From the NCBI RefSeq assembly GCF_006345805.1, contig NC_043007.1, forward strand, positions 38,688,001 through 38,752,000: 64,000 nucleotides of DNA, read 5' to 3'. Made by a program: the position numbers and the translations under genes. Within the stretch, counting starts at the first letter, position 1, and every line of letters starts with the position of its first letter. Of the stretch, positions 27,244 to 40,814 are shown in pieces. The stretch comes from Octopus sinensis. Lineage: Eukaryota. The notes below the pieces were generated by a model. That model was not told the origin of the DNA. It did no database searches and saw only the letters and a program-made list of their open reading frames with translations.

Positions 27244-27453
27244 ATGTTTCACACTGTGCCCCATTACACCACATGAAAAAGAGACAAAAAAAGGATAAAA
27301 TAAAATAAAACTGCACCCAAGCAAAAATGCAAACCCCTTATTTTACAAAAATAAGAACATAACTAAACAAACAAGGGATATGGGTGGAAGAAGACAGAAG
27401 GGAGGTAGAGAAAACATAGTGTGGTAATCTGTGAGTGAGTGTGTGTGTGTGTG

Positions 27454-27494
<41 letters not shown>

Positions 27495-28472
27495 AGAGGA
27501 GAGAGAGCTGAGTGGGAGAGCAAGGGGCAGGGACGAGACAAGAATGCTTAGAAGTGCTACTGAAATAACAAAATAAAGAAGGATAAAGAGGAACAAAAAA
27601 GAAAGATAAGTAAATATTCGACCCTTTTGGTCCCTTCACTTTGTCTCTCTCTCTCTCTCTTTTTGTTTAATTTTTCTGTGTTTGCCACTAAAAAAAAAAC
27701 AACTAACAAAATTAAATCAAATATAGAAACTCCAAAGAATAAAGATGGCTGCCAAGGAAAACAAAAAGGAAAGAAAAGAATGAGAAAATGTACAAAAAAA
27801 CTATGATTCCGATTCCCCCACCCTCACACTCTTCTATGGTCTTTCAACACCAAATGACCCAAAGCCATGATTTAGTTCAGGTGAACATCAGAAATCAGAA
27901 ATGCACCAGAAATACATATCCCATGATGCATTCTGCTAAGAGAGCTTTACATAATGTCGTCAATCCTTTACTCCCTTCACTTAAGCTGAGAGACAGTCCC
28001 AACGACCCACCACTACCACCACCACCACCACATGGGGGTTACTCAGCTTGCTAGAAACAGCAGTTGAATTCTTTCACGTCACTTTCTAGCACCTTAAAGA
28101 ACACATTGATAATGTGATTCTGGGTTGCCCTGTCATCATCCTCATCACTATCTTCCTCCTCATCATCATCATCCTCATTATCTCCATCATCATCATAGTT
28201 TAACATCTGTTTGCCATGCTGGCATGGGTTGGACGATTTGACAGAAGCTGGCCAGCCAGAGAGCTGTCCAGCCAGAGAGCTGTCCAGCCAGAGAGCTGTC
28301 CAGGCTCTAAAATATCACAGATCAATTAGATTAGAGTTGATTTGGTGCTAAATAACCACTACCATCATCACCACCACCATCACACACACATACACAAACA
28401 CACATATATGTGTGTGTAGATCACTAGCCACTACACATTCTTTATTTTCTCTCCTTGTTTCTTTGTGTGTTC

Positions 28473-28508
28473 CTTTCTGTGGAAGAGCGTAGGCTCGAAA
28501 CGTTAAAG
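28473..28508 (+). ncRNA. Minimal hammerhead-like motif with A6U core variant; second copy 24121-24156 (-), decayed copy at about 39040-39080
   Basis: CTTT-CTGTGGA-A-GAGCgtagGCTC-GAAA-CGTT-AAAG. Confidence 0.55.
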
Positions 28509-29042
28509 ACGTTTTCATTTCCCAAGCGTTATACTAATACATCTGTTTGTTGTCTACACCACCTGTCTTCGTCTTTTATTTTTTTTGTGAATTCTCCCTA
28601 TATATATTATATATATTAATATATATAATATATATTATATATATATTATATATATATATACATATATATATATAGTTGAGGTGTATTCCATTAAGAATAT
28701 ATTAGAGTACAAAATAGAGCTTGTTGTATTGAAATATGTGTAGTGGTCATTAAACAGCTGCCGAATCATACTCCCTCTTCCTTTTGACTCTATTATTCTT
28801 TCCTTGTTATATATATAAATATATGTATATATATATATATAGGGGTTCGCTCCTTTGCTTGCAATATATATTGGGTGCAAATTGCATTGATAACCAGCTG
28901 GCGGAGGTTCTTCCTGGGGTTCAAAACAGTAGTAACATCAATTCCTATGGGACAGCCATAATATGTGGTGATAAACATTACTTATCAGCATATTTACTAC
29001 TTTCATCTCTTATAAAAAAATTTTCTAACTAGCTACTTTGCT

Positions 29043-29076
<34 letters not shown>

Positions 29077-29367
29077 GGGAATATGATTCCAAACTTACAG
29101 GGAAAAATTCAATTTAGTAATACTAAATCAAATTTCACAATATATAATACATGTATATAAATTAGAGAAGAACCACCATATAGCAATTCAACAATGATAT
29201 ACTTAAATCATACCATATAGAAAAAAATTAAAGATATGACTAAATAAAGTACGAAATAATAAATAAATAGTATGTAATTAGTAATATAATATATATATAT
29301 ATATGTATGTATGCATGTATGTATATATGTATGTATGTATGTACATTATATATATATGTGTGTGTGT

Positions 29368-29415
<48 letters not shown>

Positions 29416-30343
29416 ATGTGTGTCTGTTTTTTCCCCCACTACTGCTTAAGAACTGCTGTTGGTTAGTTTACATTCCCCTTACATTGCAGCTCAAAAGAGA
29501 CTGATGGAATAACTACCACACTTACAAATAAGTGCGAGAGTTGCCTTGTTCGATTAAATCCTCCAAGGTTCCTCGGTATAGCCTTGGTCATATAGGAAGA
29601 ACAGACTAAAAAACAACAACTGAATGACCTGATGACCTAACAGAAAGAGGTCACTGATGGTGGTGGTGGTGGTGGTGGTGGCTTCCATTGTAATAAGTTA
29701 CATTAGCAAATCCAATAGATGGTCACAGTGAACCATTGTCTTCTCCATCCCACTGCCTATCATCACCTTTCTCCTTCTCTTCTGTACCTTACAACACTAT
29801 CGAGTAACACCACCATCACCACCATGAAATAGCACAGTAAAAAAAATCCACAACTTCCACATGCACTGGAGTGCACTGCTGCTGTAAATATGACCAAAAT
29901 GTCCCCCGTCAGTTTAATTGATTTCTAAACATAGGCTCAAGGCCTTGAATTTCAAAGGAGGTGATGGCAGTGGTGATGATGATGTTGATGATGATGGTGG
30001 TGGTGGTTGTGACGGCAGTAAAGGAACAAGGAACTGTAGGTTATATCCATGCTATCACCAGTAGCTGACTGGTATTAATTTTATTGATGTAATAGTGTTG
30101 TTGGTATTGTTGTTGCAGTCAAGTCCAAGGTAGCCATCATTGAACAAATCTATGCCATCATTGAACAAATCTATGCTCCAGTGTTGACCATCACATCATT
30201 TTGCATGTACATCAAGGACTATATTGTACAGCGTATTTATCTTTAGTTAAAAGTAGCTTAAAAGCCGCACTCTGTGTGGACTTTTAAGCTGGCTAATTTG
30301 GTCTGTGACCCAAAACTAAGAGAACTAAATAACATGACCATAA

Positions 30344-30888
30344 TATACATTATTTACACATGATGGATATTTGTCCTCATCTTGTTTGTTATTAACACAA
30401 CATTTCGGCTGATATACCCTCCAGCCTTCATCAGGTGTCTTGGGGAAATTTTGAACCAGGGTTCTCATTCTTAATGTATTTTTCGATGTTGTTGTTGTTG
30501 TTGTTATTATTATTATTATCATTATTATTATTATTACTATTATTATTATTACTATTATTATTCAGGTCAGTACCTGGAATTGAACCCGGAATCTTGGGGT
30601 TAGTAGTCCACACTCTTAACCCCAAGATTCCAAGTTCAATTCCAGGCAGTGACCTGAACAACAACAACAACAGCAACAGCAGCAGCAGCAACAACAACAA
30701 CAACAACATCGAAAAATACCTTAAGAATGAGAATCCAGGTTTGAAAATTTCCCCCAAGACACCTGATAAAGGTTGGAGGGTATATCAGCCGAAATGTGTT
30801 AACAACAAACAAGATGAGGACAAATATCTGTCATATGTAAATAATCTAAATAATGTACATAATTCCTCATCTTTCAAATATAGAACTG
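30344..30888. mobile_element. Head-to-head inverted pair of a short retroelement with tRNA head, (AAY)n linker and hammerhead tail
   Basis: About 270-bp arms. Minus arm reads GACAC-CTGATGA-A-GGCTG...CAGCC-GAAA-TGTT-GTGTT. tRNA-like head at the centre. Confidence 0.75.
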
Positions 30889-32311
30889 TATTATGACTAT
30901 TATAATATGTCTAGAATGACTATGTCCTCCAGTGGTGTTTGATCAGAGGTTAAGGACGGGTGAGAATTAATTCTGTAATGCAATCATTCTATTGTTCCAG
31001 TCCCAGGTTGAATTCCAACTGTTTACCAGTTTGTCCCAAAGTTCTTATCTCAAAGTAAAATTAACGAAGCAAATGTCATGTATCTCCCCCTTAATCTCTG
31101 ACGTCATCTGACAAGTGCTAACCAAGATAGCATGAATCAGCCAAACTTTACCTGTTAGAAATAGCAACCCTATTGCTTTTAAATCAGATCTCAATGCTGG
31201 ATGTTCATGAACCAAATGAAGGGCAGATTTTCAATCCCGGGATCATCCTGATTTCAAAAAGGTATAATATGTCTATGTAGAGCAAATATAGACTGAGATG
31301 GACAGACATTATTATTATAGATGGTAGGGTGTGATTTAAGTAGATTTGGCTACTGGCTCTAGTAGGTTGAGCAACCATATAGAGCGAGGGATGGTAACAG
31401 TTGTGCTGTGGCCACAGGAGAACTCCTGAAGTGTACTTTGAGTCTTGGATCATTCCTGAAAAGTTTTCAATTTGAATATATTTGAGGGCCATTGAACAGC
31501 TGATGACTTTTTAATAGTTTTTTGTGTCACAATCTGTTGAATTTTTTCTTACATAAACAATGACAGTGATGGAAATGCAAGGATGTGCAGGGATATTTTT
31601 ACATGTAAGATATATAAAAAAGCTATATAGGCCATAGACAAATGTAAAATTAATTAAACAATAGAGTATTACAGAGAAGCTTCTTCATTATAGTGGTGCT
31701 GGTAGCCTTGATGGGTTAATGAGGATTCCTCCTCTTCCTCACCAGTGCAAGAGGACTCCCTGCAATAATGTCAAAGACAAGACTGCATTTCAGTTCCAGT
31801 GATGAGTGGGGGTTCTTTTAAAATTCAAGAAAGCAGTGAAATTTCATCCTTTGTTTTTTTTTTAAGGTAGCATCCTTGTTATATATTCACAGACTCCATC
31901 CTTGGATCATCTCTCTATTCTAGACTAATGTACCAGGTGAACCCCACCCCCTTATAGGCTCTGATGGGTACTGCCTTTCTCTCTCTCACTAGACTTACTT
32001 AGATTTGTGTCTATTATGAGTCTTAGGACTCATAAAGCTGGACTTAACCTGGTTTCTATGGCGTATATGATTGAAAATACGATACTCCTCACTGAATAGG
32101 CTGCTGGTCTGTTGCAAGATTAACTTTCCAGCTATTGCTGGAACTCATTTACAGCTGAGTGGAGTGGAGAAAGGAAGTGTTTTGCTCAAAAACGCAATGC
32201 ACTAACCAGTTTGGGAATCAAAACCCTAATCTTACAATTGAGTGTGCAACACCCTAACAATTAGAGTATACTGTCGTCATAGCCTTTTGAAGCTCAGGAT
32301 AGAGATAAGAA

Positions 32312-32718
32312 GGATCTTTTCGGTTTGAACGGCAGTTTTTAACATAATTTCTAGGTAACTAAAAAATTTTAAACTTCGTATACTGGTAGAATGTGTTTAT
32401 AAAACATCTTTTTCTCTTGGCTTTATTGAGAAAATTCTATAGTTTGTAAGATATTTGTTGTTTTTTTCTTCTTCAATTTCTGCAATTTCAACCAATCACT
32501 GACATCTATTGAGGTAAAAAAACATTCTGTGCCGTTTAAATATGTCCCTCGTTTAAGAAACAGATAGGGTTTATTTACATTTGTGAAGAAAAAAAGATAC
32601 CCTTCCCCTAACCCTAAAACAGATTGAAATGCAATAGATCGATACTAGGGTCATAATTATGGGTGACAATTTCATATGACACCACTAGAAATAACTGCCG
32701 TTCAAACTGAAAAGATCT
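32312..32718. mobile_element. Non-autonomous DNA transposon with 8-bp TSD
   Basis: TIR GGATCTTTTCGGTTTGAACGGCAGTT / AACTGCCGTTCAAACTGAAAAGATCT; flanking GATAAGAA at 32304-32311 and 32719-32726. Confidence 0.88.
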
Positions 32719-34893
32719 GATAAGAATAAAGAAGAGACAGTAGAATAATGTTATCAACAGGCAAAATTCAGTGTAGCTAAGACAGTGAGCTGGTGGAATC
32801 ATTAGCACATCAGGCAAAATGCTTAATGGCATTTCATTTGTCTACATGTTCTGAGTTCAAATTCTGCTGAGGTTGACTGTCTTTTTTCCTTTCAGGGTGG
32901 ATAAAATAAGTACCAATTGTACACTGGGGGTTGTGTAACCAACTTATCACTCTACTAAAATTGCTGGCCTTGTGTCCAAATTTAAAACCATTATTCAATG
33001 TAGCTCAAGTGACAGACAAAAGAGATTTGGGGTTTGTTATGTTATGGTCCTATATGTGCTGAGTTCAAATTGTGTTTGGAGTTGACTTTTCCTTTTGGCC
33101 AAAGACTGGTCAATCACAACTACCATGTGAATAAGAAACAATGACAATAGGTCCCTCTAACACATACACACACACTTCTGCTGCATTGCTTTTAACTTTT
33201 GGCAAAAGGCCAGCTATTTCAGAGTAGGGATAGGTCAATTAGATTGACTGTAGTGTTCAACAGGTACTTATTTCATCGACCCCATAAAGGATGGAGGGCA
33301 AAGTCAACCTTGGTGGCATTTGAACTCAGAATGTAAAGACAGTCGAAATGTCACTGAGCGCTTTGCTCAGCATGCTAATGATTCTGCCAGCTTGCTGCTT
33401 TCACTTCTGCTATATTACATCTAAATTGACAATGCTGCTGACACTACCACTGCTTCCACCCTCCTCCTCCTCCTCATCCACCCTCCTCCCCTTCTTCTTC
33501 TTCCTCCTCCTCCTCCTCCTAACAGCAGCAGTAGCAGTCGTACCATAATCCTTTTTACTGTAAGCACATTGCCTGAAATTTGTGGAGAGAAGACAAGTCA
33601 ATTACACTGACCCCATTACTTGACTGGTACTTAATTTATTGACACTGAAAGGATGAAAGGCAAAGTCGACCTCAGCAGAATTTGAACTCTGAACATAAAG
33701 ATGGGCGAAATGCCGCCAAGCATTTTGCCTGGCATTCTAACAATTCTGCCAGCTTACTGCCTTAATCTTTTCCACTCTAGGCACTAGGCCAGAAATTTTG
33801 GTGGAGGGGGCCAGTCGATTATGAACGAATGTGTATGAATGTGTGTGTATTTGTATGTGTGTGTGTGTGTGTGTGTGCATGTGTGCGTGCGTGTGTGTGT
33901 GTGTATGTGTGTACATGTACACGTGTGTGCATGCTTTTATGTGCATACTGCATAATGTTTTGAGTGTCTGTATGTATGAGCATGAGTGCTATACACGTGG
34001 TGGTCTAATGTTTACTAAGAGGGATTTTACACATCAGCATTCTTTGGTTCCAGAACAGAAGTAAGGGAGTAGTACCACCACAGCCCCCCCCCCAACCACC
34101 ACCACCACCACCATCATCCTACCCCCACTACCACTACCACCAGGTGTTAGCTTTGTTTGAGCTATTATAAAAATTTCTCCTCAGCACAAACGATACATTG
34201 TCTCACAGATCAGATGCCAGAGCCTCTCCCCGTTTGTAGGGGCTGGAAGTTGATTTTGGTGGGTAGTGAAAAGAGGGGAAACTATGAGTCAGTTTTTCTT
34301 TTTCAAGTGCTTTTTTTTTCTTTGAGATTTATTTATTTGTTTATCTATTTATCTCAGTTTAGGGGGACTGTTTGCTATATAATCACTATTTTCTGTTTAT
34401 TTTTGGCAAAGGTATCATGGATTGTTTGGTGAGTACTTGTTGGTGATGTTGTTTAACCCCAGGTCTGCTCATATAAAGCAGACTTACAATCAAAAGTAAT
34501 GACCATACATGGCTGTCCCACCTTGTTTTCAGAGACAGTGCAGCCAGGACCACATTGTTTGTATGTGTGTATATATGCATGTATCTTATGTTTATTTTTT
34601 CAATATAATGTTACTGTGGCAGTGTGTTTGTCAAGCTGGCTGGCACCACCTCACAGTAATATTTTCTTTCTATTCTGAGAAGTAACCCCTCTGCAACATT
34701 TTCTCACAGTGAAAAATCCCATGCTTTTTTTTACTTTCCAAGTCTCAACTACAATTATGGAGACTTGAAAAAGAATAAATAGAGTTTATTATGCCAAGAA
34801 TGTAACAGAAGTTAATCTCAAAATCCATTCCTCTGAGATAACACAATGCAATGGATAAATAAATAACTATAAATAGAAATGCTGCTGCTGCTG

Positions 34894-34988
<95 letters not shown>

Positions 34989-35955
34989 CTGTGCCGGTGG
35001 CACATAAAAAGCACCCACTACACTCATGGAGTGGTTGGCGTTAGGAAGGGCATCCAGCCGTAGAAACATTGCCAGATCAGACTGGGCCTGGTGCAGCCTT
35101 CTGGCTTCCCAGACCCCAGTTGCACCATCCAACCCATGCCAGCATGGAAAGCGGACGCTAAACGATGATGATGATGATGATGATGATGATGAATCCTTTC
35201 TGCTACAGGCACAAGGCCTGGAATTTATGAGGGAAGAGGCTAGCTGATTACATTGAATTCAGTGTTCAATTGGTACTTAATTTATTGATCTCAGAAGAAT
35301 GACAGGCTGAGTCGATCTTGGCAGAATTTGAACTTTGAATGTAAAGCTGGGCGAAATGCTGTTAAGCATTTTGGTTGGTGCGCTAATAATTCTGCTAGCC
35401 TGCCACCTTAGTATTACTACTAATAATAACTACTTTATAGTTAAAGAAGTGATTTTTAAAAATTCTCCAACGCAGGATAATGCTAATAATATAGCCTGAA
35501 CAGGATAAACTACCCCTATTTTGCAGAAAAAAGCGTTGGCGGCCAGCTACGAGACTCAAATTCACTCCCCCATGATTATGCGTCTTGGTGCTTTGACCTT
35601 TAAGCTAAACTACCCTCACCACAAATTCTTCCGCAAATTTAAGATATACAGAAATCTTGCTTTATGAGATGCTATAGTACGTTAAATTCAAATTACAATG
35701 AAAGTAAACAAACAAACGAAGTTTGCTTTAGAAGTGTTGAGATGTCTTAGAAAGTTAAAGAAGTGATTTTTTAAAATTCTCAAATGCAGGATAATGCTAA
35801 TAATATAGCCCAAACAGGATAAACTACCCCAATGACTTTATAATTTGGCACAAGGCCAGCAATTTCAGGGAAGCGGGTAAGTCAATTACATCAACCCCAG
35901 TACTCAGCTGGTACTTAATTTATCTACCCTGATAGGATGGAATGATACATAAGAA

Positions 35956-36127
35956 TCATAATAAATACAGAATGTCTTTTACCGAATTTCTATGAATTTG
36001 TAGCCATTTGGGCGAAACTGTTTCCAGATAAAGCAACGTAGAATCCATGCTTTCTGTCCACCTGTTCTTGTCTAAACTTGTAAAAGTTTTCTGGTTTTCA
36101 AAATATTTCAAAGTTAGTTTTAAACAT
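35956..36127 (-). CDS. ERMARD: ERMARD terminal coding exon 18 ([26 protein letters not shown]...DILYLL*)
   Basis: caacag| acceptor after a poly-T tract; TGA at 35956-35958. Confidence 0.92.
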
Positions 36128-39100
36128 CTGTTGATTATAAAAAAAAAAAAAAATGAGTAATTATACACATGCACAAATACATACAAACAAGATTCATATT
36201 CTAAAGAAGTAGCTATTGTGTCACTTAATAGAACCAAAGGGCAGTGAATTGGTCGGAGTTGTAAATCATCATCATCATCATTTAGCGTCCGCTTTCCATG
36301 CTAGCATGGGTTGGACGGTTCAACTGGGGTTTGGGAAGCCAGAAGGCTGCACCAGGCCCAGTCTGATCTGGCAATGTTTCTATGGCTGGATGCCCTTCCT
36401 AACGCCAACCACTCCGTGAGTGTAGTGGGTGCTTTTTACGTGCCAGACGGGGCTGGCAAACGGCCACAGTTGGATGGTGCTTTTTACATGCCACTTGCAC
36501 GGGGGCCAGGCGAGGCTGGCAACGGCCATGATCGGATGGTGTGCTGGATAAAATGCTTTGTGGTGTTTGTTCTGCCACTTGATGCTCTGAGCTCAAATCC
36601 TGATGAGGTTGACTTGACTTTCATTATTTTTGGGGGTTGATAACAGACGCACGAATCCTGGTGAATGATTGACAAAGTCTTTCATTGACAGGACCAAGGA
36701 AGGTTGAAATCACATGATCTGGAGGGCTCAGTACTGGAGATGGCAGGGGTTTATCTCCCCACAAGTGATATAAACAAGTGTACATTTTGCACCAAAAGCC
36801 AATATAAGAGTTTCTCTCATGGTATCTACTGCAGTCTAGTTTGTTCTAACAACATCCATGTTCAAGTGGGGATAAAACTGAAAGAATGTCAAATCAGATG
36901 TTTAACAGTATTTATTCCAGCTCTTTGTGTTTTGAGTTCAAGTTAAACACCATCACTTGGCACCTTGGGTATAATTCACAGTGTCCAGCCTGTTGCAAGT
37001 TTTCAGGCTAGATTTCTGCTTTAAGGAGAGATCTTCCTTTCCTCCCACTTGTCTCAGAAGTCCTATAAAGTGTCATGGGAACTGCCTTCTCTTTTGACTA
37101 ACAATATAAAAATAAAACTCCTTTTAAATTCTGAGCTCATTCTCTAGGGGTCAATAAAATAAGAACCACTTATATGATGGAAGCCATTTAATCAATTGCT
37201 CCTTGCCTGGGACCTCTGAGAAAATTTTTTTTGTATAAAGAGACACAAAGTTTCTTTTGTGCCTCCTTTCCTTCTGGGCTCTCAGCCAGTCTTCAATATA
37301 TGGAAATATTTGCTGAGAGCCCAGGAAATACCCAGGCTTGGGTACAATTTAAATCCCTGTGCTCTCCTCTCTATTGGCCCTAACCCTCCCACAATAGTTG
37401 TATTTTGTTATAAATCATTGTCTTCATTATTATTATCATCATTACCATCAAAAATAATGTCTATAATATTTTTTATGGATCTTTACATTCTGCTGAGGTC
37501 ATCTTTGCCTTTCATCTTTTCAGCATAGATACAGTATTGACTAAACCCCTCCCCACCAAATTGCTGGCCTAGTGCCTGTCTGGCTATATGTCCTGAGTTC
37601 AAATTCTACAAAGATTGATTTTGCTTCCATCCCTTTCAGGGTTGATAAAATAATACCAGTCAAGTACTGGGATTGATGTAATCAACTCTCCCCTCCCCTC
37701 AAAACCTGCTGGCCCTGTGCCAAAATTTGAAACAATTATTATTATTATTACTACTACTACTACTACTACTACTACTATCATTATTATTATTATTAAGGTG
37801 GTGAGCTAGCAGAATTGTTAGCATGCTGGGTGAAATGCTCAACAGTATTTCGTCTGTCCTTATGTTCTGAATTCAAATTCTGTCATCAACTTTGTCATCC
37901 TTTTAGTGTTGATCAATTAAGTACCAGTGAAACACTGGCGGTCGATGTAATTCACTAGTCCTCTCCCCGCCAAATCTCAGGCCTTGTGTCTTTAGTAGAA
38001 AGAGTCGTCGTCACCGTCGTTGTCGTCATTGGTGATGAGTGGTAGAATTGGCAAAAGAAAACCAAAATCAGAGTTTTAATTTTTCTTTCAACAGATTATT
38101 AAGTAGATATATGAGTAGTATTGATCATCTCAAGCAAACATTAAAAAGACAAAAAAACAACAACAAAACAAATAAAAAGATTCCAAGTAAATTTATTTAA
38201 AGGCATTAAGAGAAAAAGCAAAAACTTACTTAACAACTGCGGTTTTCTCTTGTGAGGTTAATTCAAAGAATGTTTCAATTGTGTAAATCTCTGATATGAT
38301 ATGTAGCATGATGGTTCGGAAAGCAAGGCATAAACACGGTACACTGAAGAAATAGAGAAAATAACAATGAATTCTCTATAGCAGATAGAAAAAAAATAAT
38401 TTTCTTGTAATTGTTGTTGTTGTTGTTGTTGTTTAGTCTCATGTCAGCTCTGATTGAGCAGATCTATGATCAAAGTTATTCTAGCTGTGACAATCTCATT
38501 TTTTTTTTGTTTTTAGCTGTGTGATGAGAAATGAGGACAATATTAATTAACACACACACACACACGCACACACACGCACACACATGTACACACACACACA
38601 CTTACACACACACACACACACGTACATACAAGGAGCCTCTTTCAGTTTCCATCTACCAAATCTACTCACAAGGCTTTGGCTGGCTCATGGCATAACAGAA
38701 AACATGCCTTAGGTACCACAGAGCAACACCGAATCTGAGACCACATGGTTGGAGAGCAAGCTTCTCAACTACATAGCAGTGTCTAAAATTATTTAGATAA
38801 ATTCTTCATTGTCTTCAAAATTAACTGAAACAAAAGCAGTGTACTTCCAAAGATATATGGTAACAAAAGAGTTAAAGTGAGCTTTGAAGGAGATTTGGTT
38901 GCTACAGGTAGCAGGCTGAGTAAACAAAGCTTTGCTGCTCCATTGAGTTTTCAATGTTTTATATTAGAATATTAGAGAGAGTGGACCACTGAACTCAATG
39001 CATTTTTTTCATTCTTTCTCTATTTATTTCCCTTTATTCCTTTCTATGAAAGAGCATAGGCTCAAAATGTAAAAGACTTTTCCATTTTTCCTGAGCATAG

Positions 39101-40377
39101 GCATAGGAGTGGCTGTGTGGTAAGAAGCTTGCTTACAAACCACATAGTTCCAGGTTCAGTCCCACTGCATGGCACCTTGGGCAAGTGTCTTCTACTATAG
39201 CCTCAGGCTGACCAAAGCCTTGTGAGTGGATTTGGTAGATAGAAACTGAAAGAAGCCCGTCGTATATATGTATATTATATAATATATATATATATATTTA
39301 TTATATAGAAGGAGCTTCTACAGGACTAGAACTGTTTCATTCAAGAGAAATCTTCAGGAAGCTAGTTAACAAGAATTGTATTGGCATTTGTACATTTAGG
39401 CAGGTTTAAAGGGGTGTTGGTGGGGGACTTTTTGGGGGTAGGCATAGCGCAAAATATCATACTTGGGGGAGTGGTCAAGAGTCAGTGTTAATTAGATAGA
39501 AGAATAAAAAAAAAAAAAAAATATATATATAGAAAAAAAGGGAATAGAGTTTTAGGTAAATAAGGAGATTCTCACTTATACCTATGCACATATGTATACA
39601 TATATACACACACATACAACATATATACATATACATACATACATACATACACACACACGTATATACATATATATACACTTACACATACATATACATATCT
39701 ACACATACACATATATGTATACATACACACACTCACATGCATACACGTATACACACTGTATATTACAACACAACACGACCACACATACATATACACACAG
39801 AAAAATATATATACACTACACACACATACTCACATACACGCATACACACACATATCCACACACACACATGCACACACAGCACACTAGTCCCTATATACAC
39901 ATATATACACATACACACATATACACACACATACATATACATACATATATATATATATATATATGTACATATGTGTACCTATGCATACCTACACATACAC
40001 ACATATATATACACATACAAATACAGACCCATTCCCTAATTTTAATTTTATTATCTTCATTTATTACTTTTGTTATCTTTGACCGCTGGTCACAAACATC
40101 TTGGCTATGACAGCCAGTCCATTTATCTGTCTACTGGAAAACAAGCACTCATTCACTCACGCACACTCTTTAGCACGTACACTCACTCATTCGTACACTC
40201 ATACACATACACGCACGCACGCGTTATATTCATACATACATACATCTACATACATTCACGTATATACACATACGTACGTGTACCTACAGATTCATGTCTA
40301 CACTCTTAGAAGGCTAGTCTATACATATACACCAATAAATATAATACACACACATACATATACACCTACATACAAAT

Positions 40378-40426
<49 letters not shown>

Positions 40427-40778
40427 CATATATATACATATGTATGTATGTGTGTGTGTGTATACATTTGTGTGTCTGTGTGTTTGTCCTCCAACATTGC
40501 TTGACAACCAATGCTGGTGTGTTTACGTCCCCGTAACAGTGGTTCGGCAAAAGAGACTGATAGAATAAGTACTAGGCTTACAAAGGATAAATCCTGGGGT
40601 CGATCTGCTCAACTAAAGGCGGTGCTCCAGCATGGCCACAGTCAAATGACTGAAACAAGTAAAAGGATTAGAGAGTAAAGAGTAAAGAGTATCAAACTAA
40701 TAGACTTGCTTGTTGTTCCTACACCTGTCTTCATCTTTGTTTAGCTATAAATTTGAATGATAGGTAGGTAGATAGATT

Positions 40779-40814
<36 letters not shown>

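Noticed and set aside
26651-27316. Long poly-Leu/Tyr/Ile ORFs, and similar YI/HT/VM-repeat ORFs at 24-25, 39.6, 50.3, 52.1 and 56.3 kb
   Set aside because: They are translations of microsatellites.
31099-31106. Perfect CRE palindrome TGACGTCA
   Set aside because: A single 8-mer with no promoter context is expected by chance at this window size.
36680-36722. Possible decayed hammerhead (GACC...GGTT GAAA TCACATGATC); similar traces at 28895-28940
   Set aside because: The CUGANGA core is absent or too degenerate to call.
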